From: Amphiscolops sp. MND2022
Taxonomy: Eukaryota
DNA length: 64,000 bases
Assembly: GCA_964187785.1 (NCBI GenBank)
Contig: OZ076410.1
Coordinates: 25,978,001 to 26,042,000 of the forward strand
Direction of reading: 5' to 3'
The translations under genes and the position numbers were made by a program. The notes beneath the pieces are model-generated. The model was not told the DNA's origin. It ran no database searches and was given only the letters and a program-made list of their open reading frames with translations. Of the stretch, positions 24,652-35,500 are shown one piece after another (position 1 is the first letter of the stretch; each line of letters starts with the position of its first letter).

Positions 24652-26393
24652 TGTAAGAGCCACGTCCCGTGGTGTCTCTCAAATCACCAACGGACCGCGA
24701 GTCCTTTTTCAATAATTTTGTTTTCAAGCCGGATGGATTTTCCCTATTTTCCTGACTGCTAGGGGACATACTAGCCTCAGTGTCCCTGTTCCCAGAGGAA
24801 GACATTGAACTCACAATATTTTGAATCTCTGGTAGCACCTTTTCTGATATGGCAGTACTGATTGCTCTATTTATTTGGCTATGTACCATGGCCATCATGG
24901 AATCCATTTCTTGAGACAGTCTAAGATTAAATTCATTTGAGAAAGTTTCAAAAGACTGCCTAACATCGTTCTGCCTGTATTCACTATTCTCATGGGAGAA
25001 GTTTCTATATTCACCCCTTTGGTACAGATTAGCCTCACTGTCACTACGAACTGAAGATTGTTCAATTACTTCAGTTAATTCTCTCTCTATAGGATTTTCA
25101 CTCCCATTACCTAACATTATGTCCAAGTTGTCCATATCGGACATCATGTCCATTTCTCTAGACTTTCTAGTTTTCGCCTTTTGACGTCTCGTAGAAGGCA
25201 TGAGAGATTGTTGCAAGAGGAAAGAATTTAAATTGAACTCTTTAAGCTTGCAAATAATATTGTATTCGGTATTATAACAGCAAACTTGACTGTGACTATT
25301 CGTATGAAGATTATGTCCCCAGGACCACGGGTCCCGGTTTTTTTTAATCAACTAAACATGACATGCATAAAAGTGGTAGTCATCAGTCTAATTTTAGTAA
25401 CAGGTATTCTAAAAATAGACACAACATACAACGTGTCTTTACAAGTATATTATCATAATACTAAAAATAGCAACAACTATGACGTAATTGATTTACGTGC
25501 TTCTACATATATGAAGTAGTTACATTCAAAGATGTACATGCGCCCCTTCAGGCCATCCAATCAAGTTTCAGTAGCAACACTTCATGTAAAACAATACATG
25601 CTAAATCATATGAAATAAATACATGCAAAGATGGTGTGTGAACATTGAGCTGTCCTTTATGGCTTTTTAAGATACAAACAGCCCTTTTGACTTTCTATCC
25701 AGGAAGTTCTGGAAATTAAGAGAACACAAAATAAGGGGGGGAAGGACTAATGGTCCTTTTGTAAACAAGGTGACAGGTCTCCAATCAGAGCAAATATACC
25801 GCTTCTGAGATAGTACATTATCAATTTCAATATACGCACTTCTTTTATTCTACTTTGGACTCAGTGTCCACGCGTCCTTATTTAATACAAGAGTAGTGTC
25901 GTTGTGGTGGCGTGTGGCCCTTGAGTCCTTTAATTTAGAATACAGCACAGGAGCGAGCAAATGAACAATGCACTGTGATTGGTTGAGAAATTGGACGGAC
26001 AGCGCGTCTAGCGAGACAGGAAAGGAAACATTTGAACTCGTTTCCTTTACCTGTACGCCTTGGTGTCCAATTTCTCAGCCGTGGTATATATCTATCACTG
26101 TTATACATGTATTAATACACTATATTCAATTTTCAACTACATACTTTACATGGCTAATTCCGGATAATTATTCCAAAGCTTTCCAAACTTCATTAATATA
26201 AAAGCCCCGAATAAAATGATATACTTACATAAACATATGCGAAATCAATCACAATAAGATAAGTTTATAGTTTGTCTTCTTAGCCTTTTGGACTAATAGT
26301 CCATTCCTCAGTTCATTGGGAGGGTACCAGGGAGAGTATTGTAGTTGTAGCCGACTGAGTACCAATTGCCGTCGCAGGCGGCAGCCCGCGACA
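24652..26393 (-). repeat. 3' LTR (1742 bp) of the giant element; contains a copy of the gag 5' end (25201-24652)
   Basis: Near-identical to 38800-40540 (about 13 substitutions and 1 indel by eye). Confidence 0.97.
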
Positions 26394-27126
26394 CTCCCCC
26401 TGGCATAAGTAGAAAAGCGTTTGCGTTCATGCCATCTAGGAATGCTCTCCTCCTTGCCTGAGTCTCAGCTAAAGTCTCTCCTACAGTTACTGTCCTGTCC
26501 AGATATTCATTGACGGTCTCTTCTTGAATTTGTTTGACTGATTTCCCGCATACCACGCAGTCTGAGTAGTTGACTAAGGAGGGTGGCTCGGCAAGGACCA
26601 TCTCGTCGAAATGACTTGCCACCGCTTCCATTGACGTGTTCATGGAGGATGGTGAATCGCCACGAGGTTCACATGGGTATTGTAGTCCTCTGTCCTGTTC
26701 AGGTGGAGATAGCGGGGTGTCCACTTGCGGTACTAGATTTCGGCATATATTTATGGGGTGATTAGATTTGATCCTGTTGTCCCGACTTACAGGCCCATTT
26801 CCCCTTGCCAAGTTGAAGTACTTCTCCCCAAAGGTAGGAAATGGTGGCACATTTGGCCTGGGCGTCACAGGTCTTTTCTGCTTCTGACCGGCTGAGGTTG
26901 AAGGAATTGATATGGGCTCCGCAAGTTGTCTTTCAATGCATTTGGCCATGAGTCTAATCTCGTATGATTCGTCTTCGGACGACAAGTACAAGTCATCCAC
27001 AGACCACCCACAATTCGAGTCCATCGCTTCCTCTTCGTCGCTAGAGATGTATATGATTGCCGGTTCCCCTTCTGATCTTGCTGCTCCGATGAAGTCCATC
27101 GGGAAGGTCTCAGAGATGTCTGACAT
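26308..27126 (-). CDS. ORF3, 272-aa accessory protein of unknown function (acidic N-terminus with SIM-like IIYISSDEEE; CxxC), running through the PPT into U3
   Basis: ATG-initiated intact ORF whose last 86 nt lie inside the 3' LTR. No signal peptide or TM segment is visible, so it is not env-like. Confidence 0.7.
   Translation of the reverse strand: MSDISETFPMDFIGAARSEGEPAIIYISSDEEEAMDSNCGWSVDDLYLSSEDESYEIRLMAKCIERQLAEPISIPSTSAGQKQKRPVTPRPNVPPFPTFGEKYFNLARGNGPVSRDNRIKSNHPINICRNLVPQVDTPLSPPEQDRGLQYPCEPRGDSPSSMNTSMEAVASHFDEMVLAEPPSLVNYSDCVVCGKSVKQIQEETVNEYLDRTVTVGETLAETQARRRAFLDGMNANAFLLMPGGVSRAAACDGNWYSVGYNYNTLPGTLPMN
26394..26401 (-). other. Polypurine tract (AGGGGGAG) of the giant element
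   Basis: Immediately precedes the TG of the 3' LTR on the minus strand. Confidence 0.85.
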
Positions 27127-28349
27127 AGCTCGGATTTTGAAGATTTTCTTTGCAATTTTGATTGTTTTCCTGTTGGAATTTAGGTGTTGTTGAAATCAAC
27201 TGATTTTCAGCAGAGAAATTGAGATTATGGCGATCTCAGTTTCCTTCGACAGCGAGTCTCTTCGTCTCTCCTTTCCCGGGTTTTCACATTTCCCGGCAAG
27301 TAATTCTTCAATAACAGATTCCGCTTCTCTTGTTCTTTTATCATGCCGCCAAGACACTTTGTAATTGCCGACATCAGTTTTATTGACCATCATCAGCTAG
27401 GCTAATACTTCTAAGTTAGGAGAGTTACTTCAAGTGTTTATTAACACTCATCAGGTACTTGAGAGACTCAAGGAGGTAAAGTTATGGCAGTCAGCCACGC
27501 CGGCCTTCATCAATATGATCAACCAATAAGATTGCAGCAAAATTTCTCCCAAGTTAAAATGGCTTCTCAAGGTCGTAAATCCATATAAGGGATAATATAA
27601 AATGACCTTGAAAACGGAATAAAATGAAATAAAATAAAATAAATTAAAATAAAATCATGGAATAATTTTGCAAATAACAAAGTTTTCGAAATTAATGGAA
27701 AAGTAGATATCGCTGGCAGCCTTTATCCACATATCTCCATAAATTGTAAATACTTGTAAATTTGACACCAAATTGTATAGCCACGAACTCCAATCTTGAC
27801 ATCTTGTCACAACGCCAATTCTTCTTTCAATTCTTTATCATTCAGTTGTACTATTCACTTCTTGTATTATCCAGTATTTAATCACCAACGTATTTACTCA
27901 TCGTATTTTTAACCAATTATTTAGTCTTTGAGTCGTTTTTATTTATATTTTCCACTCGTCTTCAACACAGGACTCAGTGTCCATTCGTCCTCATCCCCGT
28001 GGGTTTCCTCAACTTCTCCCGGAAAATCGACATCCAGTCCCAATTTTGGACGTCCCCATCTAGCTGTCAGCTCGGCTCGACTTATCTACACAAATATCAC
28101 TTACCAACTCCCCCGCATTGGAATACTAACAGGTCAGTTGTTCTTCATACATCTTCATTAGCTAGGCTAGATTTTTGAACTAAATTGAGGCTTGATCAGG
28201 GCTCTCTTTTCGTTCAAGTACTTCCTGTCCACGTAACACGAGTGTTCACAAGTGTTCAATTTAATCTACTTCCGGAAGATTTTTTAACGCGGTTAATGGA
28301 TTTTAACTCAGGAAGCTTGCCGCTTGAATTCATTTCTTTCTATTTAGAC

Positions 28350-31300
28350 ATGTCGTCTGAAGAACAAATCGCCGACACAATTCTTCCAACATCAGAGAAT
28401 CCCGAGGTTGCCGAAGAGACCAATACAGCACCAAAGGAGCCAGTAGTGATAACTCGTCCTGACTCCAACCAGTCATCTAGTAGTGGAAACACTGAAGAGA
28501 GCATAACCACATATGCGGAGAAAACTTTACGGACACTGGCTAGTGATAATCCTTCTCTGGATATTTCATTTCTCCCGGCACCGACACTACCTGAAGATGG
28601 AACAGCAGGGCCCATAAAGGTTTCCCAGTCGATAGGTTTTGAACGTCTAGGAAAGGAAGCCTTCTCACTCGACGGCATGCAAGAAACTGGTAGCTACATT
28701 GAGCCACGGGACAAGAGCAAGGAGTACTTTGCCACTGATACTAGTGAGGCTGGCGAGCTGCTTGACGAGATGGGTACTGAAGGAACGCGTAAACGGCCTA
28801 CCTCAAGCGTTACCTGTTCTGAATTACCATCTGCAACCGAAGGTGCTGCCGGACAAGATACAGATGGTACTTCGTCTGGAGTCGCAAAGTCTGGGTTCCG
28901 AGAGGTGAAATTACCAGAACGATTTTCGGCTAATGGACAGGCTGTTTTAAGGAAACACTTCTCCTCATCTGCCCCAATTGAATTGCCTAAAGGTCACAGT
29001 ACTGTTTCATTCAGTGAGCCGCAAATACATGCCGTCCTCAAAACCATATCAGATGAAACTGTGAAATCATCCATCCATGCCATGCGTTCCCTTGTCTTAC
29101 ATGCTGTTTATGGGGCAGGAAAGCAGACTCCTGGACAGTTCCGGAAATCAATGGTTCGAGGCGTGGTCCCTACACGAGGCGATCCCAATAGCTCAGGTGC
29201 TGATACAGAAAGTGAGGGAGGAATGACAGACGATTATACGAGCGGAGCCCTCACCTCTGATGATGAGCTCGTTGTTGCAGCCAGGCCACGCTGTGGGACG
29301 CCACTACCAAGAGAACGTTCTGGCTACCCAAATACTTCCGATGAAGAGATGGACAGGACTCCTAGTACCAGCCATACCACAGTCCCTAGTCCAGGCTACA
29401 GTGAGGGAGACTACCAACCTCTAAGTGCCATGCGGGTAGAAGACCGACCACGACGACCTGGAGGCAGTCCGCCGCGCAAGAAGCGGAGGTACGTGGGCAG
29501 ACCTGGCAAAGTCATGAAGGCTGCCTATTTCAAAGGTATTCAGTGGACCAAGGTCTTCGTAACTGGACCACTAGATCCTGTGCATAACAAGCACAAATTC
29601 TACTGCCAAATTTGCAAGGCGAACGTGTCAATCTATTCCAAAGGGGCCAGAGAAATCGTGAGACACTACCAGAGTGAGACCCATCTGCGCAAAGACCAAC
29701 GATGGCGCTACGAACACCTTAGTAGGGTGGACAAAATCAGTGGACAGACTGTCCATGCAGTTAGAGGGAGGGACGGACATCTCCTTTCCGCTCTAGAACT
29801 AGAGAAGGAGAAGCCACGTTTCGAATCGGCTCCATTAGTGGATATTGGCCCTAGATTTCCCTTTTACGACGACTATATGGCCAATGCTGGGGGAATTGCA
29901 TGCCCCGAAGATTTGAGACTGGGTACTCAACTTTCTTTGATTGGACGAGCGGTCCCACATTTCGGCAATCTGACTGTACTGGAGAGACTGTGGGCCGAGG
30001 TTGGGAATTTCACCAATCATCAAGACACTTTCCGACAGCTTGATTGGAGTTCGCTCACGCTCACTGTAAGTCTTTTCATTCTTTCTACAAGTTAGGACCA
30101 CTAAGCGTATGAATTTTGAAAGTGTACCTTAATCCACTAAGTCTGTTGAGCCATAGTTTGCCCTTTCCAATTTTTGGTGATTTCGTTTTGTTCTAGGCCA
30201 TGTTTCACCACATCTTTTTGCGCGGAATGGAGGATATAGCCCAGTCCGTGAATTCCTGCGGCTCATACTCTCTGGAGTTTGAACCACACGGAAATCAGTG
30301 CATCCTTTCAATCAGATACTGGAAGGCGAGTACCCTGGCCAAGGTTCAATTGTGCAAGTACCCACTGCCTTCGGACCCGGGCCCCAGTCAGTTACTGATG
30401 GTTTCACGCCTACTGTCCTTTCTTTCCACGCTGCCACAAATTGCCTGTGTATCAGGTTGTACTTCCGAGGTGTTGCGATCAGTTGAGCGTTCCGGGCTGT
30501 TCAAGAAGGGCATCGAGTACCCATTCCGCTTCAATGCCTTTTCTCTTCACAAGCTAATGCATCAGCTTGAAGGGAGTGTGTTCGGACGAATTGACTTCTT
30601 CACACAGCTGAAGTACCTTCTGGCCTTCCTCAACAACAGTCTAGATGAGCCTTGGATGTCTTCTTGCCCAGAACTGACCAAGGTTTGAATTAATATTGCT
30701 GGACTCGTATGTTTGCACATTGTTTGTGCGTCTCACAGCACAGAGTATTCCTTTTAGGCTATAATCAATTTCGACTTGAAGATACGGTGCATTCCGACTA
30801 TTTGTACTGAATTGATCAGCAACTGGCAGCCTCTTCTTGACCACCTGACCAGACTTGCCCCTGGCTACGAAATGCGAGGAGTTAAAAATAAGGTTTCGAT
30901 TTTTCCTTCTACCTGTTTCGGTTTTCTTCTCATGACGTACGACCCCAGGATCACTATCCATTAATTGCTTGAGTTCCCTTTTAGCCGCAGAGTCTTGAGT
31001 GGACTATCATCACCGATGACTTCTTCTTAGTCAAGTTGGAATTCTTTGGAAAGATCATCTATGATTGTGAGTATTGCTTTTGTTTCAGAGGGAATTTACT
31101 CGTGATCGTTCACGTAGTTTCTTTGCAGGGACTCACTAGGTAAGGCTTTGTACTCAGAGGTCTATTTCCCTGTTTAGATATTCGTTGCTTTGAGAGAAGT
31201 CTAGTTGGACACAGGGACGCTGGTTTCTTCACCTTTGGGCAGTTGAATAATTTTGCCCGTAAGCTATGCTATCGCTCTTTGCTCCCCAAGCACCATCCTA

Positions 31301-32337
31301 GCGAAACCGATTGGACTCAACTTCCCATTCTGCGAACTGCTGAATTGCGACAACTCTCCACCAGGGACTTTCTTCACCGCTTGAAATTGAAAGAAGATCT
31401 AGACGGAGCTGCTAATTCTAAGGTCAAGCGGGACTACAGTGACAAGGAAGGGCCAATACCTAATTTCCCCAAACTCGTTGAGGAATGCAAGGAGAAGTTC
31501 GCTGGAAAAGCAAGGGGTTATGTGGTCTACCTTCTTGAGAAGCTGCTAGCGCATCACAGCATCAATGCTGAGATTGTGAAGGGAATGGCCAGTTTTGACC
31601 CACACATCCTCTTGAGTCTGCCTCGAGACCAGGCGACCTATTGTTACCGGGCACTGTATAACAGCTTCAATCTCCGTGGATGGTTGGAAGGATTCTCTGA
31701 AGACGACTGTCGGGACGAGTACCTCGAATTTATCGACTTATTTCGCGAAAAGTATGCTACCCTGGAAGATTCGCCTGATGGTTTTACTGATATGGTGGAA
31801 TTGTTGTCTAATATGACTGAGCTCCGAAGTCGACCTCATTTGTATCGTTTATTTCGATTGTGTTGCTTGTGCTTGACAGAGGACACCCCTTTGCTTCCGC
31901 CTATCCGTTTCCAGGATGTTGACGCACAGAGTCCTCGGTGTAGATTGGGTGACGTGTTGCTTCCTGCTCAGTCTTTCCTAGCACGAGCCCCTGACGCCAT
32001 CTCGGTTTGCACTAACGATGTCTCTTTGTGTAAATATCGTGAGGTTGAGCAGCAATTCAATTCTGGCAATGTGGCTGGTGACCCTTGGGTCCACGTCGAC
32101 ACTTTTGGGCGAGCTAATTTTTATAAGACTCTCCATGCCGCTTACGAATCTGTGGTCCGAGTGCCGAGGTCAGCTTCCTCGAGTAAGACTGGTTCGCGTT
32201 CTAATTCTCCTGCTGCAGTTGGTCGGCGTAAATCTTCTCCTGGGAAAGCAAAAAAGAAAGTTTCTTTTGATGGCTCCAATGCTGTGAAGGGTACCACAGA
32301 CGGCCAAGAAGCTGGACAGAAGGCCACTAAATCTTAA
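28350..32337 (+). CDS. Antisense spliced cargo gene, ~1192 aa: low-complexity N-terminus, NLS, BED-type zinc finger, degenerate hAT-transposase-like body
   Basis: Predicted exons are 28350-30065, 30197-30682, 30758-30892, 30985-31066 and 31178-32337. The four GT-AG introns (131, 75, 92, 111 bp; phases 0,0,0,1) join into one stop-free frame of 3579 nt. PPRKKRR lies at about 29469-29489 and C-x2-C-x16-H-x5-H at 29604-29684. A probable 5'UTR intron is 28133-28347. Confidence 0.8.
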
Positions 32338-32561
32338 ATGTACATATGTACATTTGTTCTTTAGTCTGTTATTTTGTATTTAACATGAACTAACTGATCT
32401 TTCTTTTATTTGTTGAAGCATTTTGTGGATTGCTTGTTGACCCTTGGGTCTCTTTTATTGTTTTTTATTGTATTTATTTGAAAAGTTCAGAGTCAGAGTA
32501 GTCCCAGTAAAAATATTAATTTAGTCCAAGAGACTTATGGGACTTTAATTTACATGTCTGA

Positions 32562-35500
32562 CTAGTATCTGTATTCATCAGTGAAGTTGGGGGTGGGGTT
32601 AGGTCGAAGATTATATTTCCCTCCTCTAGGGCTAGAATTTTTTTCATTTTTTCCTTTTTCCGATATTCCGGGCACGGTAATATCTACGCCCCTTTCTGAA
32701 GCAATTTCCGCATTCTCTAAGTCATTTGTGACGTCATTTTGATTTTCCGTCCCACGTGGCGTTTCGTCTAGCGGGGACGACGCGTTACGGTTGCTGGCCG
32801 ATCTCGGCCGTACTTCATTCTCGTTGACGTCATTGTCATTCATTCTCTCGCTGCTGCGCTCACTTTCGTTTACGCTGCTGCTTTCATTCTCGGTGACGTA
32901 ATAGTCGACTTCTCCGTTCGCGGCGTCCTGTGGCAGACGCGTGGCCGTATGTGGCCAATCATTTATCTTCGGCTCGAATAGCTCGTACTCAAAGTCCGCT
33001 TCCCATGAAATGGTATACAGATCATCTTGCGGTATTACGATTTCTTCATCGGGCTGTAATTTCTCTTCTTCGTATTTGTCCTCTAATGGAGCATTTGGGA
33101 CAAATTTTTTGAGCCTTATCCGGTGCAAGATTTGCGTTTTATTCGTATTTAAACGACGCACTATATAATTGTTATTTGGTAGAGTTTTTTGAACGACAAA
33201 AGGACCAATCCATCGGAAGTCCCTAAATGGTATCTTAGAGCCTTGACTATCCGCTTTCGGTTGAAGAACAAAACAGTAGTCTTTCTCTTGTAGCGGAGCT
33301 GCTTTGGCCTTGCGGTCGTAGTACTCCTTGTACTTTAAATACGACTGCATAATATTCCTTTTGGTTTGATCAATGAGGATTTGTGTCCTCTGCTGCAATT
33401 CTTCCGCGAATTCAGTCGTCGGTAGGAAATTTTTGTTAGGATTATTCCCTAATTTGTGATCCAGGACGTTATAGGGAATTCGGCCATGAAAGACTTTGCT
33501 AGGCTCACAACCAATACTAGCGTGATAAGTAGTGTTATAGTTAAGCACAGCTAATGGTAAATATTTGTGCCATTGACGACGGTATTCCCCTGAGGCCATC
33601 TTTAGGTTGGTTTTTAAAGAGGCGTGTGTCCTTTCAAATTTACCAATAGTTTGCGGATGTTTAGTAGTGGCACACTTCAATGTGATCCCCAGTATTGCAG
33701 TAATTTCTTCTAAAATTTTTGATGTAAATGCGGATCCCTTGTCCGTGATGAGTGTTGTTGGCAAATACGAATGTTTCGTCATGATGTCAATTATCACCTT
33801 GGCTACGTTTGCGGCTGTTGCCTCAATTAGCGGGTAGGCGAATAAATATCTTGAAAATACGTCTATTGCCGTCATCACCGTTTGGTATCCGCCGCTGGTT
33901 GGTAAATTTGGCAGTAAATCGATTTGCATGGCATCTTCTGGGCCTAGGTCCCATTCAGGTAAATTCAGTAATTCTGGGGTGATTACCGTGTTGGGGACCC
34001 TTTTGTCCTTGGCACATGTTTCGCAGCCTTCTACCCATTTTTTGACGTGTTTAGCAATTCCGGGGTAGTAGTATTTTTGGCGAATTTCCTGCAGCATTTT
34101 AGAAATGCCCGGGTGTCTATGTGCCGTGCCATGTATTGCTTGCAATAATTCTTTGAGCAAATGCTTTGGCAATAAGATTTGATGATATTTGACCTGTCCG
34201 GTTTCATCGTAGTACTGCCGCGTCACTATCTCGTCTTTGAGGACTATTCGATCTATGTTGTTCAAGTAATACTTGTACCGAATATCCTGTTGAAGGATTT
34301 CTTCAGAGTATTCTTCTTTTTGAAGTTTCGCCCTCAATTGGAGGAGAATCGGGTCTCTGGATTGTTCAAGCAGTATCTGATTTGTTCTTCTTAATTTCTG
34401 CGTGAAATTGGTAATCTCTTCGACGGTATTTTCTGATATAGCGTCAATTTGGATTACTGTCTCAGGGACTATGAGGCCCTTTTTGGATTGTTGTTTCCGT
34501 TTCCAAATCTGTTCTTCTGTTTCGTTGTCCTCCTCGGTGAAGAAAATTTGCTCTTCTTCTGATACGCCGGCTGATTGGACATTGACCTCGATCGGTCTAG
34601 TTTCTACGTCCTCTCGTATTTTCAGGACCAACTTTTCAGTAGGGTCCATTTCCATACGGGACAAGTAGTCTGCCGCTGTATTGTTTTTGCCTGGAATGTG
34701 AGCTATAATGAAGTTGAATTGAATGACAAAATCACAAGCATTCCAGAGAGGCGGTGGAATTATCTTTGTCTGGAAGAACCTCGTGACCGATTTGTTATCT
34801 GTGAGGATAATCACGGGTTGAGGTGTTCCCCAGAAGATATGTCCAAACTCCTTAAATGCATAATATATAGCTAGGAATTCCTTTGCATATATCGACATTT
34901 TGAGCTGAGAAGGCGTGAAAGTTTTGGATCCATATGCAATCGGCGCATAGGACTTTTTAACAGAAGTGTATTTTTGATTTGGGTCGTCTTCGGTCAATAT
35001 GGCGTAACCGGCTGCTGTAAAACTTGCGTCAGTCATGAGGACCAGTTGTTTGTTCGGCAGAGGTTGTTTCAACGCCAATTGACTACATCGGTCTAAATCA
35101 CGGTTGATCGCAATAAATTGTTCAACCAGCTCTTGCGTGACTAGTACCTTTTCATCCTTTTTGAGCAATTGGAAGAAAGGAACTAGTTTTTCGGATAGCC
35201 TTGGAATATAATTCCTGTAGTAATTGAGGAAACCAATATAGCGTTGTAAGGCCTTCTTGGACTTTGGGAATTTCGTCTTTTCCAAGAAGATAGCGATTCT
35301 TTCTTTTTGGGGCTTTACGCCTTCAGGTGTAATGGTTCTCCCAAGAAAGTCAATTTCAGTAGCGCCGAAATGGCACTTGTGCATGGAAAATTTCAATCCT
35401 GCTTCTCTGATACATTGGAACGTTGCTCTTAAGTTGACGATAAGCTGGTTAGCGTCTGTCGCCGCGACACCGATATCGTCCACATATTGAGCACATTGGT

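Noticed and set aside
24635-25351. 238-aa ORF as an independent gene
   Set aside because: It is the 3' LTR copy of the gag 5' end running out through the TSD into flanking DNA.
26308-27126. ORF3 as an env gene
   Set aside because: It sits in the env position, but has no signal peptide, furin site or transmembrane segment.
27620-27655. (AAAAT)n tract as a functional polyA/insulator array
   Set aside because: Indistinguishable from a simple microsatellite without transcript data.
26394-32561. Accessory module as a nested autonomous hAT transposon
   Set aside because: I found no TIRs or 8-bp TSD around it, and catalytic motifs appear absent. This is not fully excluded without comparing other copies.
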